This document shows, piece after piece, positions 25,582-34,556 of a stretch of 64,000 bases of DNA (position 1 is the first letter of the stretch; every line of letters begins with the position of its first letter). The notes under the pieces are model-generated. The model was not told where the DNA came from and ran no database searches. It saw only the letters and a program-made list of their open reading frames with translations. The DNA is taken from NCBI GenBank assembly GCA_001791305.1, contig MGEI01000003.1, forward strand, positions 112,872 through 176,871, read 5' to 3'. Both the position numbers and the translations under genes were made by a program. This DNA comes from Candidatus Uhrbacteria bacterium RIFCSPLOWO2_01_FULL_47_17 (GTDB taxonomy: Bacteria; Patescibacteriota; Patescibacteriia; UBA9934; GWF2-40-263).

Positions 25582-27990
25582 ATGGGCTATAATCACGATC
25601 ATGAAAATGAGGTCAACTATTTTGCGAAAACCAACTTTCGCAATCAGATGACAAAATTTGGTATCAAAACCGACGATCGCCGTCGACATGTGTATGTGAT
25701 TGGAAAAACAGGTATGGGAAAGACGGTTCTTCTTGAGAATCTCACGCTTTCCGATATTTACGCAGGACATGGGTGCTGTTATGTAGATCCACACGGAGAT
25801 ACAGCGGAGAAGTTGATTAACTATATTCCAAGCTGGCGTATTAATGATGTTGTGTATTTTAATCCGGCAGATGCAGAATATCCGGTTGGATTTAATATTC
25901 TTGAAGCCGTTTCCGAGAGACATAAGCACTTGGTGGCAAGTGGAATGATGGGAGTTTTTAAAAAGATTTGGGAAGACCAATGGTCGTCCCGCATGGAATA
26001 CATTTTGAACAACACAATCCTCGCGCTGCTCGACAATCAAGGATCAACATTGCTTGGAATCAACCGCATGTTGTCTGATGCAGAGTATCGTAAGCGCATT
26101 GTTGGAAATGTGACGGATCCGGTTGTGAAAACGTTTTGGTTGAAAGAGTTTGCCTCCTATAATGAAAAATACGCACAAGAAGCCGTGGCTCCGATTCAAA
26201 ACAAAATCGGACAGTTTTTGTCTGCATCCGTGATTCGTAACATTGTTGCGCAGGTAAAATCAAGTATCAACATTCGTGAAATCATGGACTCGGGAAAGAT
26301 TTTTATTGTGAACTTGTCAAAAGGACGTATCGGAGAAGACAGCTCACGTCTGCTTGGTGGACTTCTCATCACGAAATTGCAACTGTCCGCCATGGAACGT
26401 GTGGATCAGGATGAAAAGGAACGTTTGGATTTTTATTTGTATGTGGATGAGTTTCAAAACTTTGCGGTGGATTCGTTTGCGGGCATTTTGTCTGAGGCGC
26501 GTAAATACCGGTTGTGTTTAACCATCGCTCACCAGTATATCGCTCAGTTGACGGACGAGGTTCGCGAAGCGGTGTTTGGAAACGTTGGAACGATTATTTC
26601 GTTCCGTGTTGGTTCTCCGGACGCAAAATACATGGAAACAGAATTTGCTCCCCGTTTTTTGCCGGAGGATATTATTAATCTTCCGAAGTATAACGTGTAT
26701 CTCAAGTTATTGATTAACGGAGTGACAAGTCAACCGTTTTCCGCCATTACCCTTGCGCCTATTTCTCAAAAAACAGATTCGGAAGATCGTATCATTAAAG
26801 TTTCGCGTGAACGTTACGCAAAGGAACGCCACACGATCGAGGAACAGATTATGACCTGGAGCGGCATGGGGAATATGGACGTTGATACGCTTCTTGCAGA
26901 GGCGGAAGAAAAAAAGAAGTCCGATAAAGTTGCGGCAAAGGACGCAAAGAAACCAAAGTTTGAATACAATTGTTCGAGGTGCAACAAAGACATGGTGCTC
27001 CCTGTCGAGCTTGATCGATCACGTCCAATCTATTGTGAGGATTGTATTGAGATTGTGCGTGAGGAGAAAGCGAATAAAGGAGGAAAGGGCGGAAGCAAGC
27101 CAGCAGATACGCGTAATCTTCCGCCAAAGGTTCAACCAAAAGAAGCGCCACCTCGCACAACGAGCATGTCTGTAGGGGTGCCCCTCGTGGGTACTCATGC
27201 AGTTGATGATCACAAGTTACCCGACGAGCCAACCATTTCGCTTTCAACGTTGATGCCGAAGACGGATGTGGTTGTAGGGGTGCCCCTTGTGGGTACCCAT
27301 GCATCGGTTTCAGAAACGGAAAAACCAAAGCCAGTCGCACCTGCGCCTGTTGTTTCAAAACCGCAACCCGTTGTTGCACCCATTCCGCCTGCGCCTCGAC
27401 CGACACCACAAGTGCCGGTTCCCGTTCAGGTTGAGTCAAAACCTATTGTTGTACAAACACCTGTTGCGAACGTTTCGGAATCTCGCATCTCATTTGATGA
27501 ACCCGTACGCGCAGACTCGAATATCAGCCAGTCGAGGCCAGCGCCTGCCGTTCAAACATCGTCGGAACCAAAGCCCCAACCACCAGTTGTCACTCCTCGA
27601 CCATCAACACCACAACCTCCGCGACCGATGGGGAATTTGTCGCGTACTCCTTCGCAGTCATCAAATGAGGGACAGGGCGGAGAAGGCGGAAATGGCGGAG
27701 AGGGGGAGAAGCGTAAACGTAAACGTAAGCGCAAAAAATCCGGTGGGGCTGGATCTGTTACTGTTGAAAATACAGGAAATGTAAATCGAGAACGTGTTGT
27801 CTCACAACTCTCCCAACCTGGACAAACAATCACATTGAAATCATTACAAGAACAAAAACGTCCAGAGTCAAAACCTGTTGTGCCTCAAGCGCGTCCGATC
27901 GAGAATCCTGTCGAAAAGCCGGCAGAGAAACCGGTTTTGAAACCCGTCGCCGGAAAACTACACATTGGCCAAAGCATCAAATTCGAATAA
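25582..27990 (+). CDS. TraD/TraG/VirD4-like coupling-protein-family P-loop ATPase (HerA-FtsK superfamily, cytoplasmic), with a C-terminal zinc ribbon and a Pro/Lys-rich disordered tail
   Basis: 802 aa. Walker A VIGKTGMGKT, Walker B FYLYVDEFQNF, a region resembling the T4CP arginine finger (RKYRLCLTIAHQYIAQL) and a TraG-D_C-like segment (AVFGNVGTIISFRVGS). Then a CxxC...CxxC ribbon (YNCSRCNK...YCEDC), an internal 10-aa duplication (VGVPLVGTHA x2) and a PKP/KRKRKRK low-complexity tail. Confidence 0.65.
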   Translation: MGYNHDHENEVNYFAKTNFRNQMTKFGIKTDDRRRHVYVIGKTGMGKTVLLENLTLSDIYAGHGCCYVDPHGDTAEKLINYIPSWRINDVVYFNPADAEYPVGFNILEAVSERHKHLVASGMMGVFKKIWEDQWSSRMEYILNNTILALLDNQGSTLLGINRMLSDAEYRKRIVGNVTDPVVKTFWLKEFASYNEKYAQEAVAPIQNKIGQFLSASVIRNIVAQVKSSINIREIMDSGKIFIVNLSKGRIGEDSSRLLGGLLITKLQLSAMERVDQDEKERLDFYLYVDEFQNFAVDSFAGILSEARKYRLCLTIAHQYIAQLTDEVREAVFGNVGTIISFRVGSPDAKYMETEFAPRFLPEDIINLPKYNVYLKLLINGVTSQPFSAITLAPISQKTDSEDRIIKVSRERYAKERHTIEEQIMTWSGMGNMDVDTLLAEAEEKKKSDKVAAKDAKKPKFEYNCSRCNKDMVLPVELDRSRPIYCEDCIEIVREEKANKGGKGGSKPADTRNLPPKVQPKEAPPRTTSMSVGVPLVGTHAVDDHKLPDEPTISLSTLMPKTDVVVGVPLVGTHASVSETEKPKPVAPAPVVSKPQPVVAPIPPAPRPTPQVPVPVQVESKPIVVQTPVANVSESRISFDEPVRADSNISQSRPAPAVQTSSEPKPQPPVVTPRPSTPQPPRPMGNLSRTPSQSSNEGQGGEGGNGGEGEKRKRKRKRKKSGGAGSVTVENTGNVNRERVVSQLSQPGQTITLKSLQEQKRPESKPVVPQARPIENPVEKPAEKPVLKPVAGKLHIGQSIKFE

Positions 27991-28016
27991 TTCACGTCCG
28001 TGATTCATTCTCTTTT

Positions 28017-28673
28017 ATGAATACTGAACGCGTAATTTTGAAAACAGTAGATAACATCGAAATTGTTGGAATCTACCGAACGCCACCTGATGCAACGCAT
28101 GCAGCCATTTTGCTTCACATGATGCCTGCCACAAAAGAAAGCTGGGACGCATTTTCAACGGCACTCGAGGAGGTTGGATATGCATCTCTTGCGATCGACC
28201 TGCGTGGGCATGGCGAAAGTGTGATGCTCGGCGCACTTGATTACAAAAAATTTGATGATCCACAACATCAAGCAACATGGAATGACGTTGAAGTAGCGTT
28301 CAGTTATTTGAAAGAGCATGGTTTCAAAGAATCAGATATTGTGATGCTCGGCGCATCGATCGGCGCGAATCTTGCGATTCAAGCTCTTATGAATCATCCG
28401 GCAACCCCACTCGCAATCGCTCTTTCGCCAGGTGTTGATTATCATGGAGTAAAGACAGATATGGCGATTGCGAACATGCATGAACAACAACGTGTCGTTT
28501 TGATGGCAAGTGATGATGATCAGGAGTCGTATATCGATGTAAAGAAATTGCACGAGTTAAATAAGGAACAAACAACCGTGATTGAGAAGCACGGCGCTGG
28601 ACATGGAACGCGCATGTTCGAGAATGATTCGGCACTTATAAAGGAAATCATTTCGCTGCTCCCAGAGAAATAG
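28017..28673 (+). CDS. Alpha/beta hydrolase (dienelactone hydrolase-like)
   Basis: 218 aa. GxSxG nucleophile elbow (LGASIGA), and HGxxE and His motifs typical of small alpha/beta hydrolases. Confidence 0.65.
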   Translation: MNTERVILKTVDNIEIVGIYRTPPDATHAAILLHMMPATKESWDAFSTALEEVGYASLAIDLRGHGESVMLGALDYKKFDDPQHQATWNDVEVAFSYLKEHGFKESDIVMLGASIGANLAIQALMNHPATPLAIALSPGVDYHGVKTDMAIANMHEQQRVVLMASDDDQESYIDVKKLHELNKEQTTVIEKHGAGHGTRMFENDSALIKEIISLLPEK

Positions 28674-28685
28674 ATGAGGAGAATC

Positions 28686-28711
28686 AAAAAATCCGCTTGC
28701 ACGGATTTTTT
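28686..28711. terminator. Bidirectional terminator (AAAAA-ATCCG-cttgca-CGGAT-TTTTT) between the alpha/beta hydrolase gene (+) and a membrane protein gene (-)
   Basis: Short stem flanked by A5 and T5. Confidence 0.5.
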
Positions 28712-28724
28712 GATTACGCTTACG

Positions 28725-29132
28725 TTAGCGATGTTCTGTGCGAATCAAATCCCAGAAGTCATAAATGACAATGCCTCCGTACAAAAGAATGGAAAATCCA
28801 AAGAAGAGTCCAAAGAAAGATGGGTAGATGAGTTTGATGATGAGAATGATTGTTTCAAGCAAGAGGGCGATGAGAAACATGAAAATCGCTGTGGAACCGG
28901 TTGCGAGCCATTTGCCAAGTCGGTGATTGAGCTGGCTTTTTTCATACGTAAACTCAAAGTTTGCAAAGCACACCGTAACAAGAAACATACTGATCACAAG
29001 CAAAAAATTTCCCGTTTGGTCTAAGCTGATCTCATCAAGTGAGCTTTTTAAGAACGGATAAAAGAAAAGGGCGAACACAACAATAAGAATGTTCTTGATA
29101 ATATTTTCACGCAGATGTTGTTTGAGATTCAT
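28725..29132 (-). CDS. Hypothetical integral membrane protein
   Basis: 135 aa with about 4 TM helices and no family recognised. Confidence 0.4.
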   Translation of the reverse strand: MNLKQHLRENIIKNILIVVFALFFYPFLKSSLDEISLDQTGNFLLVISMFLVTVCFANFEFTYEKSQLNHRLGKWLATGSTAIFMFLIALLLETIILIIKLIYPSFFGLFFGFSILLYGGIVIYDFWDLIRTEHR

Positions 29133-29210
29133 ACAGATTCATTCTATCATACGTCTTCAGAATGGGTGAGGCTTGATCAAGAGGGAAAAATCTGTTAGTC
29201 TGTTGATTCT

Positions 29211-30323
29211 ATGAATAACAAACCAAAGGTACTCCTCGGAATGTCCGGTGGCGTGGACTCAAGTGTGTCTGCGGTTTTGTTGTTGGAACAAGGGTATGAG
29301 GTGATTGGCGCGTTTATGAAAAACTGGTCGGGGGATGTGAATGGGCCGGAAGTGAAGGGAACGGATCGCATTGGGACTAGCTTTGAGGAATGTGGATGGA
29401 AGACGGAACGAAGAGATGCTATGCGCGTTGCAGCCCAACTCGGCATTCCATTTCTCACATTTGACTTCGAAGCCGAATATCGCCGCGATGTTGTTGAATA
29501 CATGTTCCGCGAGTTTGAAGCTGGCCGCACACCGAATCCGGATGTCATGTGCAATCGCTACATGAAGTTCGACTTATTTTTGAAAGAAGCCTATAAGCTT
29601 GGCTGCGAGTTTATCGCGACAGGGCACTACGCTCGCGTCGAGGAAGGCCGCATCCTAAAAGGCATCGACCCAAATAAAGACCAAACCTATTTTTTGTGGG
29701 CAATCAATAAAGCTGTGTTGCCTCGCGTATTTTTTCCGATCGGGCATCTCGAGAAGCCAACGGTTCGAGAAATTGCCGCAAAGCACAACCTAGAAGTCGC
29801 AACTAAAAAAGATTCCACAGGAATCTGTTTTGTGGGTGAAGTGGACATGCGTGAGTTTTTAAAAGCGCGCATGAAAGAAGAACCTGGAAATGTTGTGACA
29901 ACGGAAGGAAAGATCATCGGCAAACACGTTGGCGTGAATTTTTACACCATCGGTCAACGTCATGGACTCGACATTGGTGGCGGAGATCCTTACTACGTCG
30001 TCGAAAAACGACGCGAGACAAACGAGATTGTTGTCGGAAGCAACTTCCATCCCGCGTTGTTTCGTCGAGAGCTCACAGCTTCGCAGCTGAACTGGTTCAC
30101 GGCCCCCTCCCCCTTCGAGGGAGAGGGCGGGGGGAGAGGGGTCGCACTCGAATGTGAAGCACGCCTCAGACACCGCCAGCCGGTACAGAAGTGCGTCGTT
30201 TCTCGAGCAGGTGACGATCAAGTCCTCGTCGCATTCCCAGAACCACAGCGCGCAGTGACCCCAGGTCAGTCGATCGTCTTTTATGTCGGCGATGAAATGA
30301 TCGGCGGCGGAATCATCGATTAA
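29211..30323 (+). CDS. mnmA: tRNA-specific 2-thiouridylase MnmA
   Basis: 370 aa. PP-loop SGGVDSS, catalytic Cys residues and a conserved C-terminal RYRQ motif. Contains a Gly-rich in-frame insertion (PSPFEGEGGGRGV). Confidence 0.9.
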   Translation: MNNKPKVLLGMSGGVDSSVSAVLLLEQGYEVIGAFMKNWSGDVNGPEVKGTDRIGTSFEECGWKTERRDAMRVAAQLGIPFLTFDFEAEYRRDVVEYMFREFEAGRTPNPDVMCNRYMKFDLFLKEAYKLGCEFIATGHYARVEEGRILKGIDPNKDQTYFLWAINKAVLPRVFFPIGHLEKPTVREIAAKHNLEVATKKDSTGICFVGEVDMREFLKARMKEEPGNVVTTEGKIIGKHVGVNFYTIGQRHGLDIGGGDPYYVVEKRRETNEIVVGSNFHPALFRRELTASQLNWFTAPSPFEGEGGGRGVALECEARLRHRQPVQKCVVSRAGDDQVLVAFPEPQRAVTPGQSIVFYVGDEMIGGGIID

Positions 30324-30354
30324 AAACCATCAACGTTGCGTTGATGGTTTTTTA
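30323..30354. terminator. Bidirectional terminator (AAAACCATCAACG-ttgc-GTTGATGGTTTT) between mnmA (+) and the convergent secreted-protein gene (-)
   Basis: Perfect 13 bp stem flanked by A and T runs. Overlaps both stop codons. Confidence 0.75.
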
Positions 30355-30954
30355 TTTTCCCTCCGCCCACAAGTAAAACTCTTTTCGCGGATCTGTTTTT
30401 TCGTTGAACTTTGTTTCTACTACAACGGGAGGGTTTACATCTGTAATTGTGATTGGGCCTGTCACTTCGAATGTTTGGTTGAGAAGGGGAATGGTTGTTT
30501 GGATGCTACCTGTGCTTTCGAGAAATAAGGGAATAACACTCGTTTGATGTTTGAAGTCGTAGCCGATGAATGACGCACGTCCGGTAACGCGATGCTCTGC
30601 TGTTGGTGTGTCGACTTCGAGGTTTCCTCCGTTGTTCACGTTGACGAGAATACGTCCGTGTCCAAATCCGATGCGGACGTTTTGTTTTGAAAGTGACTCG
30701 AGTTTGAGGTTTGTGAGTTCGTCAAGATTCACTCGCACAGATTCACCAATGAGCAGCTCAACAAATTCCCCTTTGCCTGTCCGAACCGTTTCCCCACGGC
30801 GGAAAACATGGTTTTCCGCATACGTCTTATAGGTCAAATAGGTCCTACTTCGAGAAACCCGCGCTTCAACTTGCGGCCCAACATCAACTCGGTTCATGAC
30901 AAGAAGTCCGAACACACAGAGGATAAACGCGATTGCGAGGATGTTTTTGCGCAT
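30352..30954 (-). CDS. Hypothetical secreted or membrane-anchored protein
   Basis: 200 aa with an N-terminal signal/anchor (ILAIAFILCVFGLLV) and no family recognised. Confidence 0.4.
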   Translation of the reverse strand: MRKNILAIAFILCVFGLLVMNRVDVGPQVEARVSRSRTYLTYKTYAENHVFRRGETVRTGKGEFVELLIGESVRVNLDELTNLKLESLSKQNVRIGFGHGRILVNVNNGGNLEVDTPTAEHRVTGRASFIGYDFKHQTSVIPLFLESTGSIQTTIPLLNQTFEVTGPITITDVNPPVVVETKFNEKTDPRKEFYLWAEGK

Positions 30955-30970
30955 GATAGAATCAGTTTAT

Positions 30971-31222
30971 ATGAAATATTTCTTTTACGGAACCGAATGT
31001 CCGCATTGTCATGTTATGTTGCCGCTTGTTGAGAAACTCAACAAAGAAGGGGCGAAGATTGAGATCCTTGAAACATGGCATAATGCCGAGAACGCAAAAA
31101 AACTCGAGACTTTCGACACTGGACTCTGTGGCGGTGTTCCATTTTTTTATAATGCGAAGTCTAAAAAATTTCTCTGTGGTGAGGCGACAGAAAAAGAAGT
31201 CCGCGATTGGGCGGACTCCTGA
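30971..31222 (+). CDS. Thioredoxin-fold protein (glutaredoxin/NrdH-like, CPHC active site)
   Basis: Start at MKYFFYGTECPHCH, giving 83 aa. CxxC redox motif in a small thioredoxin fold. Confidence 0.55.
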   Translation: MKYFFYGTECPHCHVMLPLVEKLNKEGAKIEILETWHNAENAKKLETFDTGLCGGVPFFYNAKSKKFLCGEATEKEVRDWADS

Positions 31223-31226
31223 TTCG

Positions 31227-32123
31227 TTAAATTTCGAAACGCAACATCCAATGCGGATTGGTTTCTACCTGTAAATCCAGGTAGATTTTTTTGCCCATGA
31301 CGGCTTCAAGTTCTTTGCGCGTGGATTGTCCAATCTCGCGGATCCCACGTCCGCCTTGGCCTATGATCATACGCTTGTAGCGATCTTCGGTTGTGAAGAC
31401 GGTTGCTGCAATGTACATCACATTATTTTCGCGTTCTTCCATCGCCGTAACCTCGACATGCACCGTGTACGGAACTTCTTGGCGCAATCGCAGATACAGT
31501 TTTTCACGAATCAACTCGGCAACCCAGACGTTGTTCGCCATGTTTGTGATTTGATATGCAGGGTAGAATTGTTCTCCTTCTGGCAAAAGTTCGAAGAGTT
31601 TGTCGATAAGCGGCTTGATGTGTACGCTTTCTTTCGCCGACACTTCAAACGTGTAATCAAACTTGTCAGAAAGGTCGCGGTAAAAGTCGAGGTATGGTTT
31701 GTTCATGTCATCCATTTTATTGATGACCATGATTTTTGGTTTGTCGATTTGTTCCACCATACGCAACATCGACTTTTCTTCGTCGCCAATCACACGTGTT
31801 GGATCTGCGACATACATGAGAATGTCGACATCCGCGAGGGCATTCTTGAGCGACTCCGTGAGCGCCTTCGAGAGCGCGTCTTTCGCGCCTTTTAACATTC
31901 CCGGAGTATCAACGAACACGATTTGCCCTTCGTCGCGTGTAAGAATTCCATGAATCGGCAAACGTGTTGTTTGAGGTTTTGGCGAAGTAATCGCAACTTT
32001 TGAACCGACAAGCGCGTTCATAAGTGTAGACTTTCCAACGTTTGATCGTCCGACGATCACAACGAACCCTGCTTTTGTTTTAGGTTTTTCGATTTCTGCT
32101 TCTGAGGTAGGAGAGATTGTCAT
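31227..32123 (-). CDS. era: GTPase Era
   Basis: 298 aa. G1 GRSNVGKST, G3 DTPG, G4 NKMD and a C-terminal KH domain. Confidence 0.9.
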   Translation of the reverse strand: MTISPTSEAEIEKPKTKAGFVVIVGRSNVGKSTLMNALVGSKVAITSPKPQTTRLPIHGILTRDEGQIVFVDTPGMLKGAKDALSKALTESLKNALADVDILMYVADPTRVIGDEEKSMLRMVEQIDKPKIMVINKMDDMNKPYLDFYRDLSDKFDYTFEVSAKESVHIKPLIDKLFELLPEGEQFYPAYQITNMANNVWVAELIREKLYLRLRQEVPYTVHVEVTAMEERENNVMYIAATVFTTEDRYKRMIIGQGGRGIREIGQSTRKELEAVMGKKIYLDLQVETNPHWMLRFEI

Positions 32124-32141
32124 AGAATATTTATTCTAAAA

Positions 32142-33272
32142 TTATTTAAGTTCGAGTTTCGTTACGAGTTCCACATGCGGCGTATGCGGGAACATGTCGA
32201 TGGCCTTCATGGCTGTTACGTTGTAGATCTCTTGCAATTGTACCATCTCACGCGCAAAGTTTTTTGGATTGCAGGAGACGTAAATAATGGTTATTGGTTT
32301 GTGTTTGATGACGTCCGCGAGGGCGCGATCATGCATGCCGGAACGCGGAGGATCAAGAATGACGATGTCTGCATTGTGTTTTGACCAGTCGTAATCTTCC
32401 GTTGGTGCGGCGAAAAATTCTGGCGAAACATTGTTGAGGATCGCGTTTGTTTTCGCGTCTTCAATTGCCTCAGCATTCAGTTCGACGCCGATCATCTCGC
32501 GAGCGGAACTTGCAAGCGCGATTGAGAAGAACCCGGTTCCGCAGTACAAGTCGAGCACACGCTTGTCAGACACATCCCCACAAAATTCTTTGACGGTGTC
32601 GAGAAGCAAGTGTGATGCGTAGGAATTTGTTTGAAAAAAAGCGTTTGGGCTGATGCGATATTTGACACTCGAGATTTCTTCCTCGATGTAACCAGCACCC
32701 GAGATTGTTGTAAGTTCTGTTCCAAATGATGTATCCGAGTCTGTCGCATTGATGGACCAGATGAGAGTCGAAGGGGCTGCAAGGGCGGATAAGGCGGAAA
32801 GGGCTGAGAGGATTTGGGAACGTTCGTCTTCATTCGATGGCGCGCTTGTCACAAGCACGATCATCGTCTGTCCTGTTCGAGTTGCGCGAATTGTCGCATA
32901 TCGTAAAAGTCCAGTATGCGCTCGTCGATCATAGAACGAGAGACCACAAGTCTTTGCCCACTCTCTAACAAGAACAAAAAGGGCATCAATCTGCTCATCT
33001 GCGAGAAAGCATGTATGATTGTCGAGAACTTTCCACCACTTATCTTTTTGACGCATTCCGACTCGACCCTCAAAGTCGATGACGAAGTCCATGCGGTTGC
33101 GGTAATGCTCCAGTTTTGGTGATGGGAGAACCTCTTCACACTTCAAAGAAAGCCCTTTCAGCTTGAAAGAACCATTAATATCCGATACTTTCTGTATCAG
33201 CTGTTTCTCATAAGGGATGTGCGACCACGCGCACGAACCGCAAAGTTCTTTGTTTGGACAGAGGTGTGACAT
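32142..33272 (-). CDS. 23S rRNA (uracil-5)-methyltransferase, RlmD/RumA/TrmA family with an Fe-S cluster
   Basis: 376 aa. N-terminal Cys cluster (CPNKELCGSC), SAM-binding LDLYCGTGFFS, DPPRSG and a catalytic Cys near the C-terminus. Confidence 0.8.
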   Translation of the reverse strand: MSHLCPNKELCGSCAWSHIPYEKQLIQKVSDINGSFKLKGLSLKCEEVLPSPKLEHYRNRMDFVIDFEGRVGMRQKDKWWKVLDNHTCFLADEQIDALFVLVREWAKTCGLSFYDRRAHTGLLRYATIRATRTGQTMIVLVTSAPSNEDERSQILSALSALSALAAPSTLIWSINATDSDTSFGTELTTISGAGYIEEEISSVKYRISPNAFFQTNSYASHLLLDTVKEFCGDVSDKRVLDLYCGTGFFSIALASSAREMIGVELNAEAIEDAKTNAILNNVSPEFFAAPTEDYDWSKHNADIVILDPPRSGMHDRALADVIKHKPITIIYVSCNPKNFAREMVQLQEIYNVTAMKAIDMFPHTPHVELVTKLELK

Positions 33273-33313
33273 AGGATTTCGAGATGCTACCTTAATTCGA
33301 GCGTTTTATCAAT

Positions 33314-33341
33314 GGGAACCAAGGCTTAAGCCTCGGATTAC
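33314..33341 (+). repeat. Conserved intergenic hairpin motif, copy 3 (GGGAACCAAGGCTTAAGCCTCGGATTAC)
   Basis: In the divergent region between the RlmD-like gene (-) and the SpoU methyltransferase (+), 7 nt upstream of the SpoU ATG. Confidence 0.8.
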
Positions 33342-33347
33342 AAGAGT

Positions 33348-33800
33348 ATGATTCTGATTTCTCACAACATTCGATCACTCCACAATGTGGGCGCGTTCTT
33401 TCGAACTGCCGATGCATTTGGAGTCGAAAAGATCTATTTAACCGGCTACACAGGCTGCCCGCCCCGAAAAGAGATCGCGAAGACCGCTCTTGGATCTGAA
33501 CATCGCATTCTTTGGGAGCATCGTGAAGATCTCGACTCGTTGCTTCTCGAACTTAAGTCCGCTGGTAAGAAGCTTGTCGCGCTTGAGATTTCAGATCGTG
33601 CGATTCCTGTAAGTGCCCTCGAGATTTCGCTCGAGAATATTGTGCTGATTGTTGGTAGTGAAGTCGAAGGCATCTCGCCAGATCTTCTCGAACAATGTGA
33701 CGAGATCATCGAGATTCCCATGATCGGGACAAAAAAATCGCTCAACGTTTCTGTTGCAACGGGAATTGCTCTGTTTGCGATTGCAACGAAAATCAGATAA
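33348..33800 (+). CDS. SpoU/TrmH-family RNA 2'-O-methyltransferase
   Basis: 150 aa. SPOUT knot motifs (NVGAFFRTADAFG, ...LIVGSEVEGIS..., IPMIGTKKSLNVSVATGIAL). Confidence 0.75.
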   Translation: MILISHNIRSLHNVGAFFRTADAFGVEKIYLTGYTGCPPRKEIAKTALGSEHRILWEHREDLDSLLLELKSAGKKLVALEISDRAIPVSALEISLENIVLIVGSEVEGISPDLLEQCDEIIEIPMIGTKKSLNVSVATGIALFAIATKIR

Positions 33801-33802
33801 AC

Positions 33803-34546
33803 TTGTCGTATATGCTTTCGATTGTTATTCCAACAAAGAATGAAGAAGAGTATTTGCCGAAACTTCTTGAATCTATTCGTCGTCAAACCGTTCAACCTAC
33901 AGAAATTATTGTTGCAGACGCGCATTCAACAGATCGAACACCAGAAATTGCTCGCTCATATGGCGCAAAAGTTGTAGAAGGCGGAATGCCTTCTGTCGGA
34001 CGTAATTTTGGAGCAAAGCACGCAACAGGTGATTTGATTTTGTTTCTCGACGCGGATGTAGAATTGCGTGATTCAACGTTTCTTGAAAAATCCATCAAAG
34101 AATTTAACGATCGCTGTCTCGGACTCGCAACATGCGATGTTTTTCCGTTGTCAGACGCCTACATCGATCATTTTCTCCACAAGGCCTACAATAAATACGT
34201 TCGCGCTTGGGGATCATTATTTCCGCACGCGCCTGGATTTTGCATGCTCGTAAAGCGTGAAGGGCACAACAAGATTATGGGATTCGATGAATCTGTCGTC
34301 TTTTGTGAGGACCATGACTACGCGCGTCGTTTTAAACGTGTCGGTAGATTCGGCCTTTTGAAATCAACAAAGATTCCGGTTTCCATTCGTCGACTTGACC
34401 GTGATGGTCGATTACAAATCGCCATAAAATATTTGCTTGCGGAATTACACCTTGCCTTTGTTGGTCCAATTCGTTCAAACAAATTCAACTATACGTTCGG
34501 ACACAGTAAGAAAATAAAGTCAAAAAGTGAAAGAGTCAAACAGTAA
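33803..34546 (+). CDS. Family 2 glycosyltransferase
   Basis: 247 aa. GT-A motifs (SIVIPTKNEE, VADAHSTD, FLDADVEL). Confidence 0.75.
   Translation: MSYMLSIVIPTKNEEEYLPKLLESIRRQTVQPTEIIVADAHSTDRTPEIARSYGAKVVEGGMPSVGRNFGAKHATGDLILFLDADVELRDSTFLEKSIKEFNDRCLGLATCDVFPLSDAYIDHFLHKAYNKYVRAWGSLFPHAPGFCMLVKREGHNKIMGFDESVVFCEDHDYARRFKRVGRFGLLKSTKIPVSIRRLDRDGRLQIAIKYLLAELHLAFVGPIRSNKFNYTFGHSKKIKSKSERVKQ
34522..34540 (+). repeat. 19 nt repeat AAAAAGTGAAAGAGTCAAA, copy A (overlaps the 3' end of the GT2 gene)
   Basis: Identical 19-mer to 58293-58311. Embedded in AAAGT(C/G)AAA iterated units. Confidence 0.7.
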
Positions 34547-34556
34547 TTCTCCCCAC

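Noticed and set aside
26849-27784. ORFs 26849..27439 (-) and 27287..27784 (+) overlapping the 3' half of the coupling-protein-like ATPase gene
   Set aside because: They lie inside the Pro/Lys-rich low-complexity tail-coding region. Their frames stay open because of the repetitive CCN/AAR codon composition. There is no independent evidence for them.
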